From: Streptomyces sp.
Lineage (GTDB): Bacteria > Actinomycetota > Actinomycetes > Streptomycetales > Streptomycetaceae
DNA: 55,579 bases
Assembly: GCF_035563135.1 (NCBI RefSeq)
Contig: NZ_DATMVN010000785.1
Span: 1-55,579, forward strand
Direction: 5' to 3'
Shown here: in pieces, positions 1 to 9,539 of the stretch
Position numbering within the stretch: position 1 is the first letter of the stretch
How the letters are laid out: every line of letters begins with the position of its first letter
The notes under the pieces: model-generated
Told to the model about the DNA's origin: nothing
The model's database searches: none
Seen by the model: the letters and a program-made list of their open reading frames with translations, nothing else
Translations under genes and position numbers: made by a program

Positions 1-2836
1 CACCCCACGCACGCGTATCGGCGTCGGACTGGACTACCTGGTCCTCGATGCCCTCTCCATCACCACGCTCTACGCCGAACTCAACGCGCTCTACGCCGAC
101 CCCGAGCACGATCTGCCGCCCGTCGACGTCTCCTTCCGCGATTACCTGACCGGGCTGCCCGCCGACCCGGGTGCGGCCGAGCGGGCCCGTGCCCACTGGC
201 AGGCGCGGCTGTCCGAACTGCCGCCTCCGCCCCCGCTGCCCCTCGACCGGGACCCCGCGACCCTCGACACGCCCGTCTTCACCCGGCGCCGGCTGAGTCT
301 GCCCGCCGAGGACTGGCAGACCGTCAAGCGGGACGCGGCCCGGCACGGACTCACCCCGTCCACCGTCCTGCTGGCCCTCTACGCGGAAGTCCTGGCCGTC
401 TGGAGCGGCACCGACGCGCTGACCGTCACGCTCACCCTCTTCAACCGCCGCGACGTCCACCCCCACATCCACCGCGTACTGGGCGACTTCACCTCGCTCT
501 CCCTGGCCGGGTACCGACGCGACGGCGCGACCTGGCTGGCGGCGGCCGCCGCACTGCAATGTCGCCAGGCGGAGGATTTGGACCACCTGAACGTCCCGAT
601 CGCCTGGCTGCTGCGCGAGTTCGGCCGTCGTACGGGCACCGTCGACGCCGCCGCGCCCGTGGTGTTCACCAGCGCCATCGGTGTCGGCGACGCGACGCTG
701 GCCGGCACGGGCACGGGCCTCCCCGCCAAGGTCTGGGGCATCTCGCAGTCCCCGCAGGTGTGCCTGGACAACCAGGTCACCGAGGAGTCCGGGAGCCTGG
801 TCGTCACCTGGGACGCCGTCGAGGAGCTGTTCCCCGAGGGTGTGCTGGACGCGATGTTCGACGCCTACGGAATGCTGCTGCGGTACGCCGTCGCCGGTGA
901 CTGGGACGCGCCGCTGCCCGACCTGGTGCCCGCCTCCCACCGTGAACGGCGTGACGCGGCCGCACGCGAGGCAGCCCTGGAGCCGGTGGCCCCGCGTCCG
1001 CTGCACGAGGCGTTCTTCGCCCACGCCGAGGCCACTCCTGACCGCACCGCCCTCGTCACGACGGCCGGGGAGGAGGTGACCTACGGAACCCTCGCCGACC
1101 AGGCACTGCGCACGGCCGCCGCACTCGGTGACGCGGGCGTGATCCCGGGCGAACTCGTCGCGGTCACCGTGCCCAAGGGACCGGAGCAGGTCGCCGCGGT
1201 CCTCGGCGTCCTCGCGGCCGGTGCCGCCTACGTACCGCTGAGCCTCGAACAACCCCCCGCGCGGTTGGACCGGGTGCACGCCACCGCCGGGTTCCGCGCC
1301 GTGGTGGGCGACTGGCCCACCCGGGGAAGGGCGGCTCCCCGCACCCTGTCCGTCACGGCCACGGGGGGCCACGAGCCGCTGCCCGCCCCCTGGAAGGTGC
1401 GTGCCGAAGCACTCGCCTACGTCATCTTCACCTCCGGTTCCACCGGCGAGCCCAAGGGTGTCCAGATCACCCACGCGGCCGCCTGGAACACGATCGCGGA
1501 TATCAACACCCGGCACGGCGTCGGCGCGGACGACCGCGTGTTCGCCCTGTCGGCGCTGGACTTCGACCTCTCCGTGTACGACGTCTTCGGGCTGCTCGGC
1601 GCCGGCGGCTCCCTCCTGCTGCCCACCGAGGACCAGCGCCGGGAACCGGCCCGCTGGCCGAGCCTGCTCGACCGGTTCCAAGTGACCGTCTGGAACACCG
1701 TCCCGGCACTGCTCGACCTGCTCCTCGACGCCGACGAGCAGGAGACGCCCCAGGTGTCGGAGCGCGCCCGCCTCGCAAGGCTGCGGACGGCACTGGTATC
1801 CGGCGACTGGATCGGCCTCGACCTGCCCGGCCGACTGCGCGAACGCACCGCGGGGCGCTGCGCCTTCGTCGCCATGGGCGGCGCGACCGAGGCCGCCATC
1901 TGGTCCAACACATTCACCGTCGGGGAACCGGACCCCCGGTGGATCTCGATCCCCTACGGACGTCCGCTGACCGGGCAGCACTACCGCGTGGTCGACCGGC
2001 ACGGGCGGGACTGCCCCGACTGGACGCCCGGCGAACTGTGGATCGGCGGCGAGGGACTGGCCGTCGGTTACCTTGCCGACCCGGCGCGCACCGCCGAGAA
2101 GTTCGTCGAACAGGACGGGCGGCGTTGGTACCGGACGGGTGACCTGGGCCGGTTCCGGGGAGACGGGCTGATCGAGTTCCTCGGCCGCCTCGACAGCCAG
2201 TTGAAGATCGCCGGCCATCGCATCGAGGCCGGCGAGATCGAGGCCGCGCTGGAGTCCCACCCGGCCGTCGCCCGGGCCGCCGTCGTGGCCGTGGGGGAGC
2301 GCACTGCCAAGCGCCTGGCCGCCTTCGCCGTACCGAATGAGCCGACGCCGCCCGCGGAGCCCTTCGGGACTGTGGAGGCGGAGGCGACCGTGCGGGACGC
2401 GGACCTCCCCGAGAGCCTCTTCGCCCTGCTGGCCGAGCGAGTGCCCGGCTACGCGATCCCCTCCCGCATCCAGTTGCTGCCCACCCTGCCGCTCACCGCG
2501 AACGGCAAGGTCGACCGGGGCGCCCTGGCCGCCATGGCGGGACCCGACACCGCGACGGCCGAGGCCGAACCGCCGCTCGATGACACCGAAACGGCCATCG
2601 CCGGCCTCTGGAGCGAATACCTGCCGCACTGGACACCGGCCCGCAACGCCAACTTCTTCACCGCGGGCGGCGACAGCCTCACCGCGCTGCGCTTGCTCAC
2701 CGCGATCGAGCGCCGCCTCGGGGCCGCCGTGCCCGTCCGGCGCTTCTTCGCCGCACCGACCGTCGCCGCGCTCGCCGCGGACGTCACACGAACGCTCGCG
2801 GCCCACGCGACCGCCTATGAGACCGGAGAGCTGTGA
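1..2836 (+). CDS. NRPS, 5'-partial, Cy-A(Cys)-PCP (coelibactin NRPS1-like)
   Basis: Frame from nt 2 reads DYLVLDALS (Cy DxxxxDxxS), PVVFTS, SQSPQVCLD; A motifs YVIFTSGSTGEPKG and YRTGDLGR; manual specificity code DLYNLSMIW (Cys); PCP GGDSL. Open at the left edge of the window. Confidence 0.93.
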   Translation, partial: TPRTRIGVGLDYLVLDALSITTLYAELNALYADPEHDLPPVDVSFRDYLTGLPADPGAAERARAHWQARLSELPPPPPLPLDRDPATLDTPVFTRRRLSLPAEDWQTVKRDAARHGLTPSTVLLALYAEVLAVWSGTDALTVTLTLFNRRDVHPHIHRVLGDFTSLSLAGYRRDGATWLAAAAALQCRQAEDLDHLNVPIAWLLREFGRRTGTVDAAAPVVFTSAIGVGDATLAGTGTGLPAKVWGISQSPQVCLDNQVTEESGSLVVTWDAVEELFPEGVLDAMFDAYGMLLRYAVAGDWDAPLPDLVPASHRERRDAAAREAALEPVAPRPLHEAFFAHAEATPDRTALVTTAGEEVTYGTLADQALRTAAALGDAGVIPGELVAVTVPKGPEQVAAVLGVLAAGAAYVPLSLEQPPARLDRVHATAGFRAVVGDWPTRGRAAPRTLSVTATGGHEPLPAPWKVRAEALAYVIFTSGSTGEPKGVQITHAAAWNTIADINTRHGVGADDRVFALSALDFDLSVYDVFGLLGAGGSLLLPTEDQRREPARWPSLLDRFQVTVWNTVPALLDLLLDADEQETPQVSERARLARLRTALVSGDWIGLDLPGRLRERTAGRCAFVAMGGATEAAIWSNTFTVGEPDPRWISIPYGRPLTGQHYRVVDRHGRDCPDWTPGELWIGGEGLAVGYLADPARTAEKFVEQDGRRWYRTGDLGRFRGDGLIEFLGRLDSQLKIAGHRIEAGEIEAALESHPAVARAAVVAVGERTAKRLAAFAVPNEPTPPAEPFGTVEAEATVRDADLPESLFALLAERVPGYAIPSRIQLLPTLPLTANGKVDRGALAAMAGPDTATAEAEPPLDDTETAIAGLWSEYLPHWTPARNANFFTAGGDSLTALRLLTAIERRLGAAVPVRRFFAAPTVAALAADVTRTLAAHATAYETGEL

Positions 2837-5800
2837 ACATCGCTGAACTGCTGGCCCGTTACGCCGACGACGGCGTGGTGCTGTGGGCCCAGGACGGACA
2901 ACTGCGCTTCCGCGCCCCCCAGGGCCGGCTCACGGACACGCACCGGACAGAACTGCGCACCCACAAGGAAGCCATCCTGCACCACCTGGAGGCGGAGGAA
3001 CCGGCGCTGCGCGCCGACCCGGAGCGCCGCCACGAGCCGTTCCCGCTGACGGACATCCAAGCCGCCTACCTCATCGGCCGCACCGACGCCTACGCCTACG
3101 GCGGTGTCGGCTGCCACGCCTACGTCGAACTGGAATACCCCGACCTGGACGTGGAGCACGTCACCGCCGTGTGGCGGGAACTGGTCCAGCGGCACGACAT
3201 GCTCCGCGCCGTCATCCACCACGACGGCTACCAGCAGGTTCTGGCCGACGTGCCCGCCCTCGGCATCGAGGCCGACGACCTGACCGGCCTGCCGCCGGCC
3301 GACGCCGACGCGGAGGTGGAGCGCACCCGTGCGCGGCTGTCCGCCCGCGAGACGCCCACCGACCAGTGGCCGCTCTTCGAGGTGCACGTGAGCCGGGCCG
3401 CCGATCGGGCCGTGCTCCACCTCGCCTTCGACATGCTGGTCGTCGACCACGCCAGCCTGCGCATCCTGCTCGCCGAGTTCCAGCGAAGCCACGGCGGCCG
3501 GCCCCTCTCCGAGGCGCCGCGGATCACCTTCCGTGACTACGTCCTGGCCCGCCGTGCCCTCGCCGACACCGACGGCCACGCCCGCGACCGCGCCTACTGG
3601 ACCGAACGGCTCGACACCCTGCCGCCCGCGCCCGAACTGCCCCTCGCAGAGACCTGGGAGGCGGGCGTCAGCGACCTGCGGGAGACGGCTCACCCCACGG
3701 CTCCGGCCGAGCCGGGGACCTTCCGCCGGCTGGAGGTCCTGCTGCCCGCCGCCGAACACAACCGCCTCACCGAGCGGGCCGCGCGGCGCGGGCTCACCCT
3801 GTCCACGGCGCTGCTCACCGCCTACGCCGAGACGGTCGGCCGCTGGTCGCGCACCCACCGGTTCACGCTCAACGTGCCGACGGTGGACCGGCCCGACCTG
3901 CACGAGGACATCGGCCGCCTCGTCGGCGACTTCACCTCGCTCGAACTGCTCGCCGTGGACCTGGGCGCCCCGGCCGCCTTCGCCGAACGGACCCGGTCGC
4001 TCGGGGAGCAGCTCCTGGAAGACCTCGCGCACCCCCTGTTCACGGGCTCGGAGGTACTCGCCGAGCTGTCCCGCCGGGCCGGATCCCCGGTGCTGATGCC
4101 GGTCGTCTTCACCAGCGCCCTGGGGACCGGCGCCACCTCCGAGGGCATACCCCCCGAGGTGACGTACGCCGTCACCCGGACGCCGCAGGTCTGGCTCGAC
4201 TGCCAGGTCATGCACCGCGGCGACACGCTGAGCCTGTCCTGGGACATCCGCGAGGGCGCCCTCACCCACGGTGTGGCCGACGCGATGTTCGAGGCGTACA
4301 CGGGCCTCGTACGGGCCCTCGCGGCCGAGGGCGAGGCCGGTGACGCCGCCTGGGACACCGCGGCCAGTATCACGCTGCCCGAGGAACAGGCCGTGCGGCG
4401 GAACGCCGTCAACGCGACCGAGGGACCGCTGCCGGACTCCCTGCTCCACGAACCGGTCCTCGCACAGGCCCAGGTCACGCCGGACGCGATCGCGGTCCGC
4501 ACTCCCGAACTGACCCTCACCTACCGGCAACTCATCGCCCGCGCCACCGCCGTTGCCGAGGCGCTGACGGCGTCCGGACTGCGGGCCGGGGAGCCCGTGG
4601 CCATCTGGGCGGACAAGGGCTGGGAGCAGGTCGTCGCGGTCTTCGGCACGCTGATGGCGGGCGGCGCCTACCTCCCCGTGGACACGGCCCAACCGCCGGC
4701 CCGCCGGGACACGATCATCGCGGACGCGGGTGTCCGCACGGTCCTCACCCAGTCCTGGCTCGCCGAGATCGACGACCTCCCGGAAGGCGTCACGCCCGTC
4801 GCCGTCGACCTCCTGCCCCAGGACGCGCAGGCGACGCCGGATGCGAGCGGAACCCCGCGCGGCCCGGACGATCTGGCGTACGTCATCTACACCTCGGGCT
4901 CCACCGGTACGCCCAAGGGCGTGATGATCAGCCACCGAGCCGCCCTGAACACCGTCGAGGACGTCAACCGCCGCTTCGGCGTCACCGCACGCGACCGCGT
5001 CCTCGGCATCGCGGGACTCGGCTTCGACCTGTCCGTCTACGACCTGTTCGGGCCCCTCGCCGTGGGCGCATCCCTTGTCCTGCCCGCCGCCGACCGGCGC
5101 GGCGACCCGTCCCACTGGGCCGAACTCGTCCGTGACTTCGGAGTCACCGTGTGGAACTCGGTCCCCGGCCAGCTTCACATGCTGTGCGACTGGCTGCGCT
5201 CCGAGCCTCCCGCCGACGACGCCTCACTCCGACTCGCGCTGATATCCGGCGACTGGATACCCGTCGCCCTCCCGGACCAGGCGCGTGAGCTGCTCCCCGG
5301 TCTTGAGATCATCTCCCTCGGCGGTGCCACCGAAGGCTCCATCTGGTCCATCGCCCACGCCATCGACGCGGTGGACACGGCCCGGCCGAGCATCCCCTAC
5401 GGCAAACCCCTGACCAACCAGACGTTCGCCGTGTTCGACCAGCATCTGCGACCCCGCCCCGAATGGGTGCCGGGCGAGCTGTACATCGGCGGCGCAGGCG
5501 TCGCCCTGGGCTACTTCGGCGACGAGAGCCGCACGGCGGAGCGGTTCCTCACCGACCCCGCCACCGGACAGCGGCTCTACCGCACCGGTGACCTCGGGCG
5601 GTACCTCCCCGACGGCACCATCGAATTCCTGGGCCGCGAGGACGCCCAGATCAAGATCCGTGGCTACCGGGTCGAACTCGCCGAAGTGGAGGCCGCCGTA
5701 CAGGCCCACCCGGAGGTCGCGGCGGGTGCCGTCATCGTGGACGACTCGGCGGCGGGCGGCCGGCGCCTGGCCGCGTTCGTGGAGACGGCCCGCAAGGACG

Positions 5801-8388
5801 GCGTACCCGGCGCGGACGCCGACCGTGCCGGTGGGCCGACGCCCCGGACACAGGCGCGCGCCGCTGCCGCCGACGCCGTACGGGAAGCCTCCGCCGCCGT
5901 CGACGCCGCACGGCTCATCGAGTTCCTGGCCGCCCTCGACGAGGTGGCCCTTGTGGAGATGACTCGCGTCCTCGACACCTCCGGAGTGTTCGCCGACGGC
6001 GCGTCGCGCACCGCGGAGGAGGTGGGCACGGCGCTGCGTGCCACCCCCCGCCACCGGCACATCGTGCGGCGCTGGCTGCGCGCGCTGGCGGTACGCGACC
6101 GGCTCACCCACCGGGAGTCCGACGACACGTACACCGGACTCGTCCCCGTCTCCGCTTCCGACGCGGAGTACGGCTGGCAGCGGGCCGCGGAGCTGGAGCA
6201 CGAGATCGGCTGGAGCACGGAGCTGCTCACCGTCATGCGCACCTGTGCCGAACGGCTGCCCGAGCTCGTCTCCGGGGAGACGGGCATCCGGGAGCTGCTC
6301 TTTCCCGGTGCGGCGACCGAGGCGGCCGACGCCGCCTACCGCGACAACCTCGCCATCCGGCACCTCAACCGCGCCGTGGTCGCCGCGCTGCGCGAGATCG
6401 CCGCGGGCCACACCGGCGAGGAGCGGCTGCGTGTCCTGGAGGTCGGCGGCGGCGTCGGCGGTACCACCGGCGAACTGGTGCCCGTCCTCGCCGAGTACGG
6501 CGTCGACTACCTGTTCACGGACGCGTCCGCGTTCTTCCTGAACGAGGCCCGCGAGCGCTTCACCGACCACACGTGGGTCCGCTACCAGCGCTTCGACGTC
6601 GACGAGGACCCGCGCGCCCAGCACCTGCCGCCCAACACCTTCGACGTGGTGATCTGTGCCAACACCCTGCACGCAGCCGCCGACGCGGACGCGGCCGTGG
6701 GCCGCCTGCGGGAACTGCTCGTGCCCGGTGGACAGCTGGTGTTCGTGGAGAACACCCGGGACGAGAACCTGCCGCTGCTGATCTCCATGGAGTTCCTGGA
6801 GGTCTCGGGCCGGACGTGGACCGACGTGCGCGAGCACACCGGCCAGTCCTTCCTCACCCACACCCAGTGGCGCCACCTCCTCGACGCGCACGCCGCGTCC
6901 GAGGTCGTTTCACTGCCCGACCCCCAGGACGCGCTGGCCGCGACCGGCCAGGAGGTCTTCCTCGCCACCTTGAAGGACGACCGGCACCACGTCCCGGTGG
7001 GCGAACTGGCCCGCACGGCGGCGACCCGGCTCCCGGAGTACATGCTCCCGTCGGTGTGGCAGGTCGTCGACACCCTGCCCCGCACGGCCAACGGCAAGAC
7101 CGACCGCGCCCGCCTGCGGAGCTGGCTGCCCCGCGAGAGCACCCCGGTCGTCGTGAACGAGAAGCCCAAGGACGACCTGGAGCGCGGCCTCGCCGACCTC
7201 TGGTCCGAACTCCTCGCGGTCGGCAGCGTCACCCGCAACGACGACTTCTTCGACCTCGGCGGCGACTCACTCCTCGTGGCCCGCATGGTGAGCCGACTGC
7301 GTGAACGCGTGCCGCAGGCCGCCGACCTGGAGTGGGAGGTCGTGCTGCGCCACATGCTGCGTCGCCCGACGGTCGCCGGTCTCGCCGCGTTCCTGCGCTC
7401 CCTGGCCGGCCCCGAGGACGCGCCGGCCGCCGACGCGGTCCGTACGGACCCCGTGGTCCATCTGCACGGCGCCCGGTCCGACGACGAACCCACGACCGTG
7501 CTCGTGCACGCCGGCACCGCGACGATCATGCCCTATCGCGCACTGATCACCGAGATCCGCCGCCGCTCGCCGGGCCTCGCCGAAGTCGTGGGCGTGGAGG
7601 TACCGGACCTCAGCGGCTTCCTCGCCGCCCCGCCGCAGGGACTCATCGAGCAGATGGCTGCCGACTACGCCCGCGCCCTGACGGCCGACGGCCGCAGCCG
7701 CTTCCACGTCGTGGGCTACTGCCTGGGCGGCCTGATCGCCACCGAGGTGGCCCGCAACCTCGCCGAGTCCGGCGCGGAGGTGGAGAGCCTCACCGTCATC
7801 AGCAGCCACAGCCCGCGCTTCCGGCTCGACGACGAACTGCTCGCCGAATACTCCTTCGCCGTCATGATGGGCATCGACCCCGCCGACCTCGGCTTCCCGG
7901 ACGACCAGTACCGGGTGGCCGCCGCGGCCGACGCGGTCCTGGCGGCCAGCCCCGGTGTCCTGCCCGACGGCGGACTCGCCGCGCTGCCCGGCGAGTTCGC
8001 GGACGTCGCGGGACGTTTCCGACAACTGGCCGACATCCCCCGTGCCACCCGCATCGCCCGGATGTGCGAGGCGGTGCCCGCGTCGGCCGGCACCTACGAA
8101 CCCGACCACATGAACCGGCTCTTCCTCGCCTTCCGGCAGAGCGTCTTCGCCATCACCCGCTACGACGCCGAACCCTACGCGGGAGACATCACCTTCCTGC
8201 GCCACGACGGCGCCTACCCCTTCCCCGGCAGCAAGGACGCCGTCACCACCTACTGGGAGGAACTCACCCTGGGCGACCTGGACATCGTCGACATCGGCGG
8301 CGACCACTACAGCTGCCTGTCCGTCGAGCACGCGCCCGGCATCCTCAAGACCCTCGCCGAGCTGACCCAGGGGGCGATCACCCGATGA
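2833..8388 (+). CDS. NRPS Cy-A(Cys)-MT-PCP-TE (PchF / coelibactin NRPS2-like)
   Basis: PFPLTDIQAAY, DMLVVDHAS (Cy); code DLYNLSLIW (Cys); MT motif LEVGGGVGGTT inserted in the A domain; PCP GGDSL; TE GYCLGG. GTGA overlap with the upstream gene. Confidence 0.95.
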   Translation: MNIAELLARYADDGVVLWAQDGQLRFRAPQGRLTDTHRTELRTHKEAILHHLEAEEPALRADPERRHEPFPLTDIQAAYLIGRTDAYAYGGVGCHAYVELEYPDLDVEHVTAVWRELVQRHDMLRAVIHHDGYQQVLADVPALGIEADDLTGLPPADADAEVERTRARLSARETPTDQWPLFEVHVSRAADRAVLHLAFDMLVVDHASLRILLAEFQRSHGGRPLSEAPRITFRDYVLARRALADTDGHARDRAYWTERLDTLPPAPELPLAETWEAGVSDLRETAHPTAPAEPGTFRRLEVLLPAAEHNRLTERAARRGLTLSTALLTAYAETVGRWSRTHRFTLNVPTVDRPDLHEDIGRLVGDFTSLELLAVDLGAPAAFAERTRSLGEQLLEDLAHPLFTGSEVLAELSRRAGSPVLMPVVFTSALGTGATSEGIPPEVTYAVTRTPQVWLDCQVMHRGDTLSLSWDIREGALTHGVADAMFEAYTGLVRALAAEGEAGDAAWDTAASITLPEEQAVRRNAVNATEGPLPDSLLHEPVLAQAQVTPDAIAVRTPELTLTYRQLIARATAVAEALTASGLRAGEPVAIWADKGWEQVVAVFGTLMAGGAYLPVDTAQPPARRDTIIADAGVRTVLTQSWLAEIDDLPEGVTPVAVDLLPQDAQATPDASGTPRGPDDLAYVIYTSGSTGTPKGVMISHRAALNTVEDVNRRFGVTARDRVLGIAGLGFDLSVYDLFGPLAVGASLVLPAADRRGDPSHWAELVRDFGVTVWNSVPGQLHMLCDWLRSEPPADDASLRLALISGDWIPVALPDQARELLPGLEIISLGGATEGSIWSIAHAIDAVDTARPSIPYGKPLTNQTFAVFDQHLRPRPEWVPGELYIGGAGVALGYFGDESRTAERFLTDPATGQRLYRTGDLGRYLPDGTIEFLGREDAQIKIRGYRVELAEVEAAVQAHPEVAAGAVIVDDSAAGGRRLAAFVETARKDGVPGADADRAGGPTPRTQARAAAADAVREASAAVDAARLIEFLAALDEVALVEMTRVLDTSGVFADGASRTAEEVGTALRATPRHRHIVRRWLRALAVRDRLTHRESDDTYTGLVPVSASDAEYGWQRAAELEHEIGWSTELLTVMRTCAERLPELVSGETGIRELLFPGAATEAADAAYRDNLAIRHLNRAVVAALREIAAGHTGEERLRVLEVGGGVGGTTGELVPVLAEYGVDYLFTDASAFFLNEARERFTDHTWVRYQRFDVDEDPRAQHLPPNTFDVVICANTLHAAADADAAVGRLRELLVPGGQLVFVENTRDENLPLLISMEFLEVSGRTWTDVREHTGQSFLTHTQWRHLLDAHAASEVVSLPDPQDALAATGQEVFLATLKDDRHHVPVGELARTAATRLPEYMLPSVWQVVDTLPRTANGKTDRARLRSWLPRESTPVVVNEKPKDDLERGLADLWSELLAVGSVTRNDDFFDLGGDSLLVARMVSRLRERVPQAADLEWEVVLRHMLRRPTVAGLAAFLRSLAGPEDAPAADAVRTDPVVHLHGARSDDEPTTVLVHAGTATIMPYRALITEIRRRSPGLAEVVGVEVPDLSGFLAAPPQGLIEQMAADYARALTADGRSRFHVVGYCLGGLIATEVARNLAESGAEVESLTVISSHSPRFRLDDELLAEYSFAVMMGIDPADLGFPDDQYRVAAAADAVLAASPGVLPDGGLAALPGEFADVAGRFRQLADIPRATRIARMCEAVPASAGTYEPDHMNRLFLAFRQSVFAITRYDAEPYAGDITFLRHDGAYPFPGSKDAVTTYWEELTLGDLDIVDIGGDHYSCLSVEHAPGILKTLAELTQGAITR

Positions 8389-9539
8389 CCAAGCCTGTGA
8401 TCGGGGTCCTGGGCGCCTCCGGCGCGGTCGGCCGGGCCGCCGTACGCGAACTGCGCGCCCTCGGCCACACCGGGCTCCGCCTGGGCGGCCGAACCCCCTC
8501 CGCCCTGTACGCGGTCGCCGAGGAGGCCCCGGCCGGACACGACGAGACGGTCTGGGCCGACGCCACCGCACCGGACGGCCTGCGCGCCTTCACCGAGGGC
8601 TGCGACATCGTCCTCAACTGCGTCGGACCCACCTACCGGCTCCGCGCCACGGTGGCCTTCGCGGCACTCGACGCCGGCGCGCACTGCGTCGACGTCGCCG
8701 GGGACGACCCGGCCGCCGAGGACCTCCTCAAGGGCGGCGACCCGGTCCGCGACGCCCGCACCGTCGTCCTGTCCGCAGGCGCCCTGCCCGGCCTGTCCAG
8801 CCTTCTGCCCCGCTGGCTCGCGATGCGGGGCGGCCTGGACAGCGCCACCGCGCTGACCGCCCACTGTGGCGGCCTGGAGACCTGTTCGCCGACGGTCGCC
8901 CACGATCTGATGCTGTCCCTCAGCTCGGGAGGCGCGGACGGCGCGGCCTACGGCGAGGCCCTCGCCGCCGTCCGCGGCGGCCGGCGCGTGTCGCGTGCCC
9001 TGCGCACCGACGAGGACACCGTGCACGAGGCGTTTCCCGGCAGGGTCGCCGTACAGCCCTATCTCAGCGGCGAGAGCGAACGCTTCGCCACCGTGCTGGG
9101 CCTCGACCGGCTCGACTGGTACAACGTCCACCCCGGCCCCGCCGTACGCGCGCTGCTCAACCTCCTGCCGGGCCGTCTCGCGGCCGGGGAGGATCCGGAC
9201 GGACTGGCCGAGCGGCTGATCCTCGCCGCCGACCTCGACCTGGCCGGACGCAGACCGTACTACGTCATGGACTTCGAGCTGTCGGGCACGACCGCGGGAA
9301 CGCCCGCCACCGCGGGCGTGACCCTGCGCACGGCCAGCAGTTACCGGCTCACCGCCGCCGTGGGCGCGCTCGCGGTGGACGCGGTGCTGCGGGGCGGGGT
9401 GAGCGCGGGTGTGCACTTCGCGTGCGACGTGCTGGACCCGGACACCGTGGTGGGGCACCTGCGCTCCCACGGGGTGGCCGACCTCCGGCTCACCGGAACG
9501 GCTGCCGAGGCCGAGCAGGTCGAGGAGGGCGCCTTGTGA
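8385..9539 (+). CDS. Saccharopine-dehydrogenase-like NAD(P)H oxidoreductase (thiazoline reductase type)
   Basis: ATGA-coupled start MTKPVIGVLGASGAVG (Rossmann), LNCVGP, GALPGLSS. The ORF track start at 7332 is an out-of-gene extension. Confidence 0.85.
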   Translation: MTKPVIGVLGASGAVGRAAVRELRALGHTGLRLGGRTPSALYAVAEEAPAGHDETVWADATAPDGLRAFTEGCDIVLNCVGPTYRLRATVAFAALDAGAHCVDVAGDDPAAEDLLKGGDPVRDARTVVLSAGALPGLSSLLPRWLAMRGGLDSATALTAHCGGLETCSPTVAHDLMLSLSSGGADGAAYGEALAAVRGGRRVSRALRTDEDTVHEAFPGRVAVQPYLSGESERFATVLGLDRLDWYNVHPGPAVRALLNLLPGRLAAGEDPDGLAERLILAADLDLAGRRPYYVMDFELSGTTAGTPATAGVTLRTASSYRLTAAVGALAVDAVLRGGVSAGVHFACDVLDPDTVVGHLRSHGVADLRLTGTAAEAEQVEEGAL

